A stretch of 64,000 nt of DNA from Nitrospirales bacterium. GTDB lineage: Bacteria > Nitrospirota > Nitrospiria > Nitrospirales > UBA8639. The stretch is from assembly GCA_963555755.3 (NCBI GenBank), contig OY820905.2, forward strand, positions 640,001 through 704,000, read 5' to 3'. A model generated the notes under the pieces. The model was not told the origin of the DNA, did not search any database, and saw only the letters and a program-made list of their open reading frames with translations. Below, in pieces: positions 33,033 through 43,723 of this stretch. Position 1 is the stretch's first letter. The number at the start of each line of letters is the position of its first letter. The translations under genes and the position numbers were made by a program.

Positions 33033-33476
33033 GACGCATCAGCTCCTTTCTCATATTTTACAAGGCATCAGACGTTCAGTAAATGCCATATTTTCGACAA
33101 ATGGCTCATTTCTCAGAAGAAGACCTCGTGCCATTACTTATCGGAGATATTGGCACAATTCTTTGGTGACATACCGTAAGTACAGGAGTAAGATTTTAGT
33201 GAAGGGGCCTGTTGAATATTTTACTCCAAAAGCAAATAGAAGCTCCAAATGAGCCACGCATCGTCAAAGGGAGGGGATGTTCAAAAAAGCATGCCCTGAG
33301 TCTTTCCGAAGGGTCTATCCAGCAAGGCCGCAGCCATTTTGACGCGCGGAGCGTACTCATAGTACGTGAGCACGGCAAAATGGCGAGAACGCCGCTGGCG
33401 GCTTTTTTCAACATTCCCTGAAGCATCTTTTTCACAAAACCTTTTCTATACACACACCGGGAAAAAGGTCACGTCC

Positions 33477-34736
33477 ATGATCATACCAGAGCTAGACCAT
33501 CCAACGTTGCATCTTGCCTGGGCTCAATTTGACCAAGCCGCCGACGCCATGAATTTGGATCACAAACATCGAGAACGATTAAAAACTCCCCAACGCTCGC
33601 TCATGGTCGGCTTGCCCATCTTAATGGATGACGGCAAGGTCAAAGTATTTATGGGATATCGTGTCCAACATGACTCGGCACGCGGTCCATTTAAAGGAGG
33701 CATCCGCTACCATCAAGACGTGAATTTAGGTGAGGTTTCCGCACTCGCTATGTGGATGACCTGGAAAACGGCGATAGCGGGTGTGCCGTATGGCGGAGCC
33801 AAAGGCGGTGTCAGAGTGAATCCGAACGAGTTGTCCCTCTCGGAATTAGAACGACTGACACGCCGGTATGCCGCCGAAATCTTTCCCTTGATTAGCCCGG
33901 ATCACGATATTCCAGCACCAGACGTCGGCACCAACCCACAAATCATGGCGTGGTTCATGGATACCTACAGTCAACAGGTGGGCTATGCCGTGCCTGGTTG
34001 CGTCACAGGAAAACCTCTGGCCATCGGTGGCAGTTTGGGACGAGAAGACGCCACTGGCCGTGGGGTGGTGAATGTGACAATGGAAGCCTTGCAGCATCGA
34101 GGCATTCGTCTTGAAGATACGACAGTAGTCGTCCAGGGAATTGGAAATGTCGGATCCCACGCTGCTCGGATCATGAGCGATGCTGGCGCAAAAGTCATAG
34201 GAATCAGCGACGTCTCAGGCGGAATCTTTAACCCTCAGGGATTACATATCGAGTCAATTCTTCGTGACCATACCCATGGCATGCCGCTCTCAGAGATAAA
34301 CGTTGGTGACCATGTCACAAACGAAGAATTACTGACGTTGGAATGCACGGTGCTGATACCTGCCGCCTTGGCTGAACAAATTACCGTCAAAAACGCGGGG
34401 GACGTACGATGTCAAATCTTAACCGAAGCCGCCAATAGACCCACGACATTAGAAGCCGATGCGATATTGCACGATCACAATATCTTTATCATTCCCGACA
34501 TCCTTGCCAATGCCGGTGGGGTGATCGTGTCCTATTTCGAATGGGTCCAAGATGGACAACATTTTTTCTGGAAAGAATCTGATATCCATGAACGCTTACA
34601 TGACATTATCACGGGAGCCTTTCAACGAACGCTGGCGTTTGCTCAGAAAAAGAACACGTCCATGCGAATGGCGGCCTTGATGAACGGAATCGATCAAGTG
34701 GTCCAAGCACACAATTTGCGGGGGTTATATCCTTAG
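33477..34736 (+). CDS. gdhA: Glu/Leu/Phe/Val dehydrogenase (glutamate dehydrogenase)
   Basis: KGGIRYH, GGAKGG, PAPDVGT, QGIGNVG, NAGGVIVSYFEW. The ORF's upstream extension is MITE sequence. Confidence 0.92.
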   Translation: MIIPELDHPTLHLAWAQFDQAADAMNLDHKHRERLKTPQRSLMVGLPILMDDGKVKVFMGYRVQHDSARGPFKGGIRYHQDVNLGEVSALAMWMTWKTAIAGVPYGGAKGGVRVNPNELSLSELERLTRRYAAEIFPLISPDHDIPAPDVGTNPQIMAWFMDTYSQQVGYAVPGCVTGKPLAIGGSLGREDATGRGVVNVTMEALQHRGIRLEDTTVVVQGIGNVGSHAARIMSDAGAKVIGISDVSGGIFNPQGLHIESILRDHTHGMPLSEINVGDHVTNEELLTLECTVLIPAALAEQITVKNAGDVRCQILTEAANRPTTLEADAILHDHNIFIIPDILANAGGVIVSYFEWVQDGQHFFWKESDIHERLHDIITGAFQRTLAFAQKKNTSMRMAALMNGIDQVVQAHNLRGLYP

Positions 34737-35004
34737 GGTTCCCGCAAAAACAACTTTGCCTTTGGGGGTGCCGAGACGCCTGTCTGGCAAGGCGCGAGGA
34801 CTGCGCATACTCTTCGTTATGTAAAGGACCAGCAACGCCGCCAGACGGGATGGATCGACGCCCAAACACGTGAAGTTATTTTTGCGCGAGCCCTTAGGAA
34901 GGGTAAAAGAACGGGTTGGAGAAGGATAAGCAATTTATTTTGGTGAAGACCTAGACTCGCCTTCACCAAAACGTAATGTTCACAAGAAGACACGTTTCAA
35001 AAAC

Positions 35005-35946
35005 CTACTCAGTCTCTCCTGCATAAATCTTCATTACGGCATCTAAAAACTTCAGGGCATCCGGCTTTGATCGTTGAAACGAGTTCCGGCCTATAATCGA
35101 CCCGAACCCTCCACCATCGCGAATCGCCCGGGCTTCATCAAAGATCTTGTTGTCTTCTCCTTTCGCTCCACCAGAGAAAATCAAGATTCTCCGACCATCG
35201 AACGTACTTTGCACCACATGACGAATTCGGTCAGTTGGGGTGCTGATTGGGATTTTCTCGGCGTCATAAACCTTTTTCGCTTCGGCTTGTTCAATATGAT
35301 CCGTAGGCACTTTCACTTTGATGATATGCGCCCCTAATTGAGCGGCAATCTGGGCTCCATAACAAACCACATCAATGGCAGTTTCTCCGGTCTTGCTCAA
35401 GTTTCCGCCACGCGGATAAGACCACACGACCACCGCCAACCCAACGGATTTCGCTTCCAAAGCAATTTCCGCCAAAGTTTCATACATCTCTTGACTATAT
35501 GCCGAACCGGGATAAATCGTGTAGCCTACAGCGCAACATCCTAAGCGAAGTGCATCGTCAACACTCCCCGTCACCGCTTGATTCGGATCATCCCCGCCAT
35601 ACAACGAATCACTATTGTTGAGCTTGAGAATGAGAGGAATCTGTCCGGCAAATTCCGCAGCACCGGCTTCCAAAAACCCTAATGGAGCCGCATAGGCATT
35701 ACAGCCAGCCTCAATGCCCAATTCAAAATGATAGTGGGGATGATAAGCCGAAGGGTTTGGAGCAAAACTTCTCGCCGGTCCATGCTCAAAGCCTTGATCC
35801 ACTGGAAGAATGACGAGTCGTCCTGTCCCGCCTAATCGGCCACTCATCAGTAATCTGGCGAGATTCGCGCGAATTCCTGGCGCGTCACCACTGTAGTAAC
35901 TCAAGATTTCTTGAACCCTCTTGGTCATTCTGAAACCTTCACTCAC
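35005..35946 (-). CDS. fbaB: Class I fructose-bisphosphate aldolase
   Basis: LPVDQGFEHGP, WSYPRG, IIKVK, FSGG, IIGRNSFQR. Confidence 0.93.
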   Translation of the reverse strand: MSEGFRMTKRVQEILSYYSGDAPGIRANLARLLMSGRLGGTGRLVILPVDQGFEHGPARSFAPNPSAYHPHYHFELGIEAGCNAYAAPLGFLEAGAAEFAGQIPLILKLNNSDSLYGGDDPNQAVTGSVDDALRLGCCAVGYTIYPGSAYSQEMYETLAEIALEAKSVGLAVVVWSYPRGGNLSKTGETAIDVVCYGAQIAAQLGAHIIKVKVPTDHIEQAEAKKVYDAEKIPISTPTDRIRHVVQSTFDGRRILIFSGGAKGEDNKIFDEARAIRDGGGFGSIIGRNSFQRSKPDALKFLDAVMKIYAGETE

Positions 35947-36134
35947 GATCAGTCCCTCCTGTGGAAGGTTGAAACTTTTGGAGAAAACTCAAGAACGTTA
36001 TTGGCAAATGATTCGAATGAAGATGTGTGCAATCGAAAGGACATGGACTCCATCGAGTCCATCTCATGGCAGTATATGATTGAATAGGACTTGATTCAAT
36101 ACTTTTTCGTTGTGGAGGGATTTTTTTCACATCA

Positions 36135-36779
36135 TCACGTTTCAGGATTTTCTAATTTCTTCCGCAATTCAATAATTTCCCGTTCCATGGCCTCAAACCG
36201 TTCAGCCACTGGATCGGGAATATTGGCATGGTCCATGGATTCTTCCGGGACTCGGTCTCCCACGGTTTTGATAATTCGCCCTGGTATCCCAATGACCGTA
36301 GAGTTCGATGGCACGGATCGCAACACCACCGAATTGGCCCCGACTTTCACAAAATCACCAATCCGAATATTGCCGAGGACTTTCGCGCCAGATCCTACCA
36401 CCACATGATTGCCTAACGTGGGATGCCGCTTGCCTTTTTCTTTTCCCGTTCCACCAAGCGTGACACCTTGGAACAAGGTCACGAAATCGCCGATTTCGGT
36501 TGTCTCACCAATGACCACGCCCATGCCGTGGTCGATAAAAAACCCATGGCCAATGATTGCCCCTGGATGAATTTCCACACCCGTAATCCATCGAGAAAAT
36601 TGCGACAGCAATCGTCCCAACAGCCGCAACTTCATCCTCCATAATCGATGAGCTATTCGATGGAACATCAACGCCTGAAAACCGGCGTAGGTCAGAATCA
36701 CTTCCACACGACTTCGCGCAGCCGGGTCCCGCTCGAACACGGCACGTAAGTCTTGGTCAATGTCTTTAAACATTTTCAT
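36135..36779 (-). CDS. cysE: Serine O-acetyltransferase
   Basis: [29 protein letters not shown]. Confidence 0.96.
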   Translation of the reverse strand: MKMFKDIDQDLRAVFERDPAARSRVEVILTYAGFQALMFHRIAHRLWRMKLRLLGRLLSQFSRWITGVEIHPGAIIGHGFFIDHGMGVVIGETTEIGDFVTLFQGVTLGGTGKEKGKRHPTLGNHVVVGSGAKVLGNIRIGDFVKVGANSVVLRSVPSNSTVIGIPGRIIKTVGDRVPEESMDHANIPDPVAERFEAMEREIIELRKKLENPET

Positions 36780-36796
36780 ACAAATCCTTCAGGGAA

Positions 36797-37282
36797 TCAC
36801 GACGGCGCACGAATTGATTCAATAAGGCAAATGGCTTGAGCCGCAATGCCTTCCATCCTCCCGATCGCGCCAATGTGATCCCCACTTTTGACTTTGACGC
36901 TCACCAAATCAGGATCAACCGCAAGCACCTCAGCCAGTCGTTTGGCCATATCGGCCAAATAGGAACCCAGGCTCGGGGCTTGGGCAATAATCACCGTGTC
37001 TAGATTAACAAGACGGAACCCCCGTTGAGCAAGTTTTTCAGTGACTCCCTGTAACATATCAAGACTAATCATATCCTTACACGTGGGATCACTGCTGGGG
37101 TAATAGCGTCCAAGGTCGCCCTCGTTCATTGCCCCTAGAAGCGCATCGCAAACCGCATGAGTCAAGGCATCGGCATCGGAATGACCGTCCAACCCATGCG
37201 TGTGTGGCACGTGAATGCCACCTAATATTAGCGGCCTTCCTTCTTTCAGTCGGTGAATATCGTACCCAATTCCGATCCGCAT
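36797..37282 (-). CDS. ispF: 2-C-methyl-D-erythritol 2,4-cyclodiphosphate synthase
   Basis: RIGIGYDIH, GHSDAD, HAVCDALLGA. Confidence 0.96.
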   Translation of the reverse strand: MRIGIGYDIHRLKEGRPLILGGIHVPHTHGLDGHSDADALTHAVCDALLGAMNEGDLGRYYPSSDPTCKDMISLDMLQGVTEKLAQRGFRLVNLDTVIIAQAPSLGSYLADMAKRLAEVLAVDPDLVSVKVKSGDHIGAIGRMEGIAAQAICLIESIRAPS

Positions 37283-37625
37283 GCACTATCCTCTCATTCG
37301 TGATATCGAATAATGATTTACAGTACTGGAACTTTCTACTCGCACATCTCAAATCTGACTCCCTCGCCCCTGAGGGGAGAGGGTGGGGGTGAAGGTTAAC
37401 TCATTGCCAAGGGAAAAATACGTTACCCAAAAGAATACAGGAAATTGGTCATGCCTGAAAAGAGCGCACGGGGGTTAGGGTTCGCGCAAGAATAACTCTC
37501 CCTGTTTTGGTGCTGAGACACCTGTCTGGCAAGGCGCGAGGACTGCGCATACTCCTCGGACGGGCAACGCCGCCAGACGGGATGGATCGACGCCCAAACA
37601 GGGAAAGTTATTCTTGCGCGAACCC

Positions 37626-38336
37626 TTATGTACAGGTACCTGAACTTTTAGCGGTAAAAATAGCCTCGCCCATGTGAAGATCTTCCGGTCTCGTGACTTT
37701 GATATTATCGGAACTGCCTTGGACAATCGCCACGGTAAGCCCTAATCGTTCCACTAAAAACGCATCATCGGTTGCATCAACGCCATCGGTTTCGCCTTGT
37801 TGATGGGCTCGGAGCAACACATCAAGCCGAAAAGCCTGGGGGGTTTGGGCCAACCATAATTCTTCTCGATTGAGCGTCTCTTTGATTATCCCCTCGCCAT
37901 TGACACGCTTGACAGTATCTCGCATTGGCATAGCCACAATAGCCGCGCCGTGATTTCGCGTGGCTTCAACAACCTGAGTAATCATCTTGAGTGTCACGAA
38001 AGGCCGAACCGCATCATGCACCACCACAATGTCCGTTGCAGAGTTGGCAGCCCGTACACCATTTAATACGGAATCCTGTCGACGTCGCCCGCCTGCGATA
38101 ACCTGAGACACTTTCTTGAGACCGTAGGATGGGACAATCTCTTCACGGCAATACTGACAATCGTCCTGTGGCACCACGAGTATGATTTCAGAAATGATGT
38201 GAGCAGCCTCAAAAGTTTGAAGAGAATGAACGAGCAGTGGAACACCGCCCAAGGTGAGAAACTGCTTTGGAACACCGGCACCCATACGGACCCCACGGCC
38301 CGCCGCGGGGACAACCGCCGTAATCCAATCAGCCAC
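37626..38336 (-). CDS. ispD: 2-C-methyl-D-erythritol 4-phosphate cytidylyltransferase
   Basis: AAGRGVRMG, PKQF, VHDAVRP, QTPQAF, TDDA, NIKVT. Confidence 0.96.
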   Translation of the reverse strand: MADWITAVVPAAGRGVRMGAGVPKQFLTLGGVPLLVHSLQTFEAAHIISEIILVVPQDDCQYCREEIVPSYGLKKVSQVIAGGRRRQDSVLNGVRAANSATDIVVVHDAVRPFVTLKMITQVVEATRNHGAAIVAMPMRDTVKRVNGEGIIKETLNREELWLAQTPQAFRLDVLLRAHQQGETDGVDATDDAFLVERLGLTVAIVQGSSDNIKVTRPEDLHMGEAIFTAKSSGTCT

Positions 38337-39357
38337 GTACGAAGCTCAACACGTCTCGATCCGATTCTTCTTTCAGGCGAGTAAAGATCATGCGTCCAGC
38401 ACTCGTCTGCAATACGCTCGTGACAATGACATCCACATTTTTGCCAATACTTCGCTTCGCGTTATCCACAACAACCATCGTTCCATCATCCAAATACGCC
38501 ACGCCTTGTCCAGTTTCTTTTCCCTCTTTTAACACAAACACTCGAATCGTTTCACCTGGCAAGACCACCGGTTTCAGCGCATTGGACAAATCATTGATGT
38601 TGAGCACGCGAACGCCTTGCAACTCGGCCACTTTATTAAGATTCAAATCGTTCGTTAAAATCTTAGCCCCAAGCTTCTTGCCCAATTCAACAAGCTTCGC
38701 ATCGACCTCTTTGATATGCGGGAAATCTTCTTCAACAATGGTCACGTCAATATCGATTTTCTTCTGAATGTGATTTAGAATATCAAGACCTCGTCGACCA
38801 CGAGCACGTTTTAACCCATCAGCCGAGTCCGAGATATGTTGTAACTCTTGTAGAATAAATTGAGGAATAATAAAGCTGCCTTCAATAAACCCGGTTTCAC
38901 AGATATCGGCGATACGCCCATCAATAATCACACTCGTATCCAATAATTTTGGAACCGCGGCATTCCTGTTAGACGCCTCTTCCTCTTTTGTACCAATTTT
39001 CCAGTCACTCGATTCCCCTAGCCGCAGGCCCACAATGAGACCAAGATACGGCAGGACAATCAAGACCGCCATTGTTCCAAATTGTGTCACGAGCGTGGGC
39101 TGGGGAAAAATCTGACCAGCCGAGAAAATGAGCACACCAGCCAGGATAACGCCGATGCTGAATCCCACCCCAGCACCAATTGCCATCACCGAAGGAACAC
39201 GTTGAAGCGATTGCTGGACGGCAATGATAATCCCGCTTATCAAGGCTCCGAGCGCTGCGCCAATGAAAAGGTGCATGCTGTCGCCCGAGCCAGACGCAAA
39301 TCCAACCCCAAGGCCGAGCAACACGCTGATGCTGAGAAAAATGGCTCGCAGAGCCAT
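38329..39357 (-). CDS. PIN/TRAM-domain membrane protein (YacL-like)
   Basis: LDTSVIIDGRI, RGRRGLD, QGVAYLDDGTMVVV. Confidence 0.93.
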   Translation of the reverse strand: MALRAIFLSISVLLGLGVGFASGSGDSMHLFIGAALGALISGIIIAVQQSLQRVPSVMAIGAGVGFSIGVILAGVLIFSAGQIFPQPTLVTQFGTMAVLIVLPYLGLIVGLRLGESSDWKIGTKEEEASNRNAAVPKLLDTSVIIDGRIADICETGFIEGSFIIPQFILQELQHISDSADGLKRARGRRGLDILNHIQKKIDIDVTIVEEDFPHIKEVDAKLVELGKKLGAKILTNDLNLNKVAELQGVRVLNINDLSNALKPVVLPGETIRVFVLKEGKETGQGVAYLDDGTMVVVDNAKRSIGKNVDVIVTSVLQTSAGRMIFTRLKEESDRDVLSFVRG

Positions 39358-39608
39358 CCTGGTTCCTCCTATTTATCATACACCTGGTCATACTACGAAG
39401 AACAACTATAATGCTCCAGGCGCTACACGCATCCCCAAAACAATTCAGTTAGGGTTCCCGCAAGAATAACTTCCCAGGTTTGGGCGTCGATCCATCCTGT
39501 CTGGCGGCGTTGCTCGTTCTTTCCATACGAGGAGTATGCGCAGTCCTCGCGCCTTGCCAGACAGGCGTCTCAGCACCCAAACCTGGGAACTTATTCTTGC
39601 GCGAACCC

Positions 39609-40613
39609 TTAGCCCATCTCCGGCTTAAGAAACTTCTCGGCCAACTCCACATCATCTCGGCTCCCAATCACTAACGGCACTCGTTGATGTGGCGTCTTAG
39701 GCTGAATGGTCTGAATCCGTTCAAACCCTGTACTCCCAATGCCACCAGCTTGCTCAATGACAAAGGTCAAGGGAGCCGCTTCATACATAAGCCGAAGCTT
39801 CCCTTCCGGTTTGTCGACCTCTCCTGGGTACAAATACAGCCCGCCTTTTAAGAGCACACGATGCACATCGGCGGCCAAGCATCCGGTATAGCGTAGGGAA
39901 TACGGGCGATCCGTGGCCGGATCGATTTCCTGAAGGTGATCAATATAGTTTTTCATTCCATTTGACCATTTCAGACAATTCCCCACATTGAGGCAATAAA
40001 TTGCCCCGCGCGCAGGCATCGTGATATTCGACCCAGATAGAAAAAATTCACCAATACCAGGATTCAAGGTAAATAGATGAACCCCATCCCCACACGTATA
40101 CACCAGGATCGTACTCGCGCCAAAGAGAATATAGCCTCCTGCCACCTGCTCAGCACCCGGCTTCAAAAAACTCGCACCGCCATTTCCCGAAGGCGATGGC
40201 GACAATCGATGGATTGAAAAGATCGAACCTAGGGACGCATTGACATCAATATTGGATGAGCCATCGAGGGGATCGAAAAATACCGCGTACTTTCCAGTCC
40301 GCTCTGCCGAAACCACGGTATACGGGTCTTCCATTTCCTCGGAGATCACGGTCCGAACAAGTGTACTCGATTCAAACACTTGAACAAACGTCTCATTGGC
40401 CCGTTGATCCAGCTTCTGCACTTCCTCGCCTTGGACATTGACTTCCCCGGTTGCGCCTAAAATATCGAGAAGGCCTGCTTGCCGGAGATCTTGCGCAATC
40501 ATTTTTCCGCCCAACGCGATTTGGGTCATGATGGCGGAAAACTCCCCGGTGGCCTCAGGGTGCAATCGTTGCTGAGTCAAAATGTGTTGAGTGAGCGAAA
40601 TGGGTCTTGACAT
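39609..40613 (-). CDS. fbp: Class 1 fructose-1,6-bisphosphatase
   Basis: GEEVQKLD, SEE, FDPLDGSSN, GKLRLMYE. Confidence 0.96.
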   Translation of the reverse strand: MSRPISLTQHILTQQRLHPEATGEFSAIMTQIALGGKMIAQDLRQAGLLDILGATGEVNVQGEEVQKLDQRANETFVQVFESSTLVRTVISEEMEDPYTVVSAERTGKYAVFFDPLDGSSNIDVNASLGSIFSIHRLSPSPSGNGGASFLKPGAEQVAGGYILFGASTILVYTCGDGVHLFTLNPGIGEFFLSGSNITMPARGAIYCLNVGNCLKWSNGMKNYIDHLQEIDPATDRPYSLRYTGCLAADVHRVLLKGGLYLYPGEVDKPEGKLRLMYEAAPLTFVIEQAGGIGSTGFERIQTIQPKTPHQRVPLVIGSRDDVELAEKFLKPEMG

Positions 40614-40640
40614 TTCAAAAAAGTCCTTTTTTTCTCCTAC

Positions 40641-41462
40641 CTAGTGATTTTCATTATAGGCCTTTTGGTAAAAAAGTCGAGCCGATTTTCGTGACAATGG
40701 CCATTCCTCCAAGACCGCCACCACTGACCCGATGATCATGCTGGCCTCCATCTTCACCGGCACTCGTTTCAGATCATTGGTCAACCAAAAACGAATATTG
40801 CCTTCATTTGAAAAAATACCACGAAACGGCATGATGGCTAACAGGCGCAGGGCTTCTACCTCTCCCCATGGACCGTGTACTGACTCAATCGCTTCAACTT
40901 GCACTTCCACATCATAGTTTTTCTTATCATGGTGAATCGTCACAAAAACCGATTTCCCAGGAACAAGCGAGGGCAACTGACGCAAATAGTACAGGCAGGA
41001 CAACCCATCATGCGTATACGCCGGAATAGCCATAATGCTCCGCGTTCCATCCTTGATAATCGTCACCTGCTGAGATTGATGATCGAAGGTAATATCGAAA
41101 TCTTCATGGCGCGTTCCCTCTCGACGCTGAAAGAATACATGGATCGGAAGTAAGGTTTGAGCATGAACCGTAGAATTTACTACATTGTTGACCGGGAAAA
41201 AGAATGAAATGAAAGCGTTGGACGTGGCAGTCGAGTTAAACTGTATAGTCGAGAGGCCTTCCTGTGAAATTGAGGGCGTTGAATCCATCGTCGCGGTACC
41301 GGCGGGAATACCTAGTAGCGAAATAGCATACTGCAACGATTCATGAGCAGGCACCTGAGGCTTGTACGACATCAACATCTGGCCCGAACTGGGCAGAACG
41401 CCAAGTCCAAGCCCCAGAAAAAGCATCCATACCCACACTTTCCCCATGCAGAACTTCACCAT
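40641..41462 (-). CDS. DUF3108-like exported protein
   Basis: Signal peptide, DGLSCLYYLR, FWLTNDLKRVPVK. Confidence 0.75.
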   Translation of the reverse strand: MVKFCMGKVWVWMLFLGLGLGVLPSSGQMLMSYKPQVPAHESLQYAISLLGIPAGTATMDSTPSISQEGLSTIQFNSTATSNAFISFFFPVNNVVNSTVHAQTLLPIHVFFQRREGTRHEDFDITFDHQSQQVTIIKDGTRSIMAIPAYTHDGLSCLYYLRQLPSLVPGKSVFVTIHHDKKNYDVEVQVEAIESVHGPWGEVEALRLLAIMPFRGIFSNEGNIRFWLTNDLKRVPVKMEASMIIGSVVAVLEEWPLSRKSARLFYQKAYNENH

Positions 41463-41689
41463 AGAAATATTGTACGTGATGAATCAGAAAAATGCAGGAA
41501 AGCCGATAACAAAAGTCCAGCCCGCTTCCATTGGCACACCCATCCGCTCGGTGCAGATTTCTGAAAGGTTGAAGGAAAAAGGGAAGTGACCAATAACCCC
41601 TCAACAGGCAACTACCTATCGCAGCTCTTATAGGGATCAATTTTCAATCGTGAGATTACTCAATTTTATCGAGTCTAACCGTATGCCGT

Positions 41690-41900
41690 GCATACCGTTT
41701 CACTATGTCCAGCTTGATCTTGAATCTTGGTGGGCTGATTGGTTTTATCCTACTCCGTATGAAGCGTGTGTTGGTCCGGATCGGTTAAGACGATGAGATT
41801 CCCATTGGCGGCGTACTGATGCGCCTGACCAGATTGCCGGCCTCGGTGCGTGGCAATAAACGATCGGCTTGGTCGTAAAATAAAGTCGTCGGATCCACCC
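41690..41900 (-). pseudogene. Rhs/YD-repeat remnant marking the island's left edge
   Basis: YAANGNLIVLTDPDQHTLHTE*DKTNQPTKIQDQAGH resembles the fragment at 54200-54420. Confidence 0.6.
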
Positions 41901-42080
41901 ATGGTTCATTGGTGAAGTCTTCGAGGATCAAACGGCCATGTGTTACACAGTTGTTCACGGGGCAGGTTGCAGGCAGGTTGAAGAAGAAAGGAAAGAAGGA
42001 AACTCAACCGAACAAGTTGGGACATCTAACGCCCAGAATAAATTATCCGTGAAAAGTATTAGTCAACCAAAGACTTGACC
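41807..42080 (+). repeat. ~270-bp near-identical direct repeat, second copy 43981-44256
   Basis: TGGCGGCGTACTGATG...AGTATTAGTCAACCAAAGA...TGACC in both copies. Confidence 0.9.
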
Positions 42081-42276
42081 TGTACCCGTGCCCTCTTCCC
42101 ACGGACCAAGGGGCTATGACGCCAGGAAGAGGCAGCATGAGATGCGGCAGCGACCTAAAAATAAAAGACGACGCAATTCGCTCAAAAGGAGAGGCGACAT
42201 AACCCACGAGGAGTGCCATAAATTTATGTGCACCTGATCGTATTGTGCTGCCAGAACCCTAAATTCTGCATGATCC

Positions 42277-42402
42277 GAAAGGACACGTACCAAGAAGATC
42301 CTGGCCGTGAGGTTTCAGAGTGATGCCGTGTGCTTCAACTAAAGGTGGGAGCGACACATCGAACTTGAGCTGCTCAATCAGCGTCTCAGAAATTCTGGCC
42401 AT
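42277..42402 (-). pseudogene. Truncated CHC2 zinc-finger DNA primase N-terminus
   Basis: RBS GGAGG; MARISETLIEQLKFDVSLPPLVEAHGITLKPHGQDLLGTCPF, then broken. Divergent from the XRE gene. Confidence 0.7.
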
Positions 42403-42521
42403 CGACCGCACCTCCAGAAAAATTATTTTTCATCACCAATGGATGACGAAACGTACCAATATGTGCTAGAGTCATCAAGCCTTATTGGTATTGACCATCA
42501 CCTCTTAGGTAGTTAAATTCT

Positions 42522-42917
42522 ATGAACCCGACGATTTCACAGCACTTACACGATTCTTTGGTAAGAATAATGGTAACAGGAGACAAGATCTTTGCGAGTC
42601 GCCTCCTTGCCCTGCGCAAGCAGCAGGGGTGGTCGCAACCAGAATTGGCCAAGAAGGTGGGGACGTCCGGAGCGATTATTGGGCGCTACGAACGGGGGGA
42701 GACTATTCCCTCGATTGGGGTGGCCCGCAAGCTAGCGGAGGCGTTGGCAGTCACGCTGGATTATCTGGTGGGTGACAATGACCTCGATACCGTGCAAGAT
42801 AAGGTCATGCTCGAACGCTGGCAGGCGCTGACAGCTTTAGCGCCAGAAGATCGAGAACGGATTTTATTTGTGTTCGATAGCTTGATGCGAGAAGCCCGGA
42901 CCCGTCAAGCCTATTAG
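42522..42917 (+). CDS. XRE-family HTH regulator
   Basis: LRKQQGWSQPELAKKVG...YERGETIP...TLDYL. Confidence 0.92.
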   Translation: MNPTISQHLHDSLVRIMVTGDKIFASRLLALRKQQGWSQPELAKKVGTSGAIIGRYERGETIPSIGVARKLAEALAVTLDYLVGDNDLDTVQDKVMLERWQALTALAPEDRERILFVFDSLMREARTRQAY

Positions 42918-42940
42918 GGAGGCATCTAAAAGGAGGGCCC

Positions 42941-43150
42941 ATGGACTCACCGACTCACCAACTGGACCACGTGTTGGGCAAACTACAGGGATTAGCGCCG
43001 CATCGGCTCCTGGAAGTCGAAGACTTTATTGATTTTCTGAAACAGCGGGATGACGAGCGGTCCTTCACCCAAGCGGTGCAGGCAGCGTCAGAACCCGTGC
43101 TAGACCAGATCTGGAATAACCCGGACGATGCCGAATACGACCAGTTATAA
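42941..43150 (+). CDS. Putative antitoxin (DUF2281-like)
   Basis: EVEDFIDFL...WNNPDDAEYDQL; overlaps the toxin start. Confidence 0.75.
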   Translation: MDSPTHQLDHVLGKLQGLAPHRLLEVEDFIDFLKQRDDERSFTQAVQAASEPVLDQIWNNPDDAEYDQL

Positions 43151-43475
43151 CTTCGGCACCATTGTCCTGGTCGCGTTTCCGTTTTCCAATCAGACGGGAC
43201 ACAAACAACGCCCCGCCATCGTCGTCAGCACGCAGGCCTACCATCACGCGAAACCCGACCTTATTCTGCTGGCTGTAAGCAGTCAGGTGCGGGGCCCCCT
43301 AGCATTTGGTGAACGCCAAATCACGGCATGGCACCAGGCTGGGCTCCTCAAAGCGTCCGTGATCAAACCGGCACTGTTTACGCTGGAACAACGATTGGTG
43401 CGCAAAACCTTAGGCCAACTCACACCGCAGGATCAGCAGGCCGTGCGAACCACCCTAGCCGACATTCTTGGCTGA
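43128..43475 (+). CDS. PemK/MazF-family toxin
   Basis: GTIVLVAFPFS...KQRPAIVVS...GLLKAS. Confidence 0.88.
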   Translation: MPNTTSYNFGTIVLVAFPFSNQTGHKQRPAIVVSTQAYHHAKPDLILLAVSSQVRGPLAFGERQITAWHQAGLLKASVIKPALFTLEQRLVRKTLGQLTPQDQQAVRTTLADILG

Positions 43476-43527
43476 TGCGACGAAGTAGCGCTTCAGCCAA
43501 CTCGAACAACTCTCCCCCGCGCAACGC

Positions 43528-43723
43528 AAACCCATCATTCAAGTGCTGGATGCCTTTCTTCAAGGCACGACGGGTAAACGCAGCTAAGGCAAGAGCTGTA
43601 AGAAATTTCACCGACCAAAAACGGAGAGGGAACAACGAGGGGAACGCGGGAGACCTGCTCGGTGAGACGAAGCCGGAGAAACACCTAATGAGTTAAAAAT
43701 GTATTAAATCAAGTCTTGACCCC
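43528..43723 (+). repeat. ~170-190-bp repeat unit (XRE C-terminal remnant plus tail); copies 43731-43925 and 47688-47854
   Basis: Shared CAAGGCAC(G/A)ACGGG(C/T)AAACGCAGCTAAGGCAAGA. Two copies end TGTATTAAATCAAGTCTTGACCCC. Confidence 0.85.

Noticed and set aside
33120..33170. Sigma54 promoters (TGGCAC on both strands)
   Set aside because: The -12 elements do not match TTGC.
33366..33476. Longer gdh N-terminus
   Set aside because: It starts inside MITE family B sequence.
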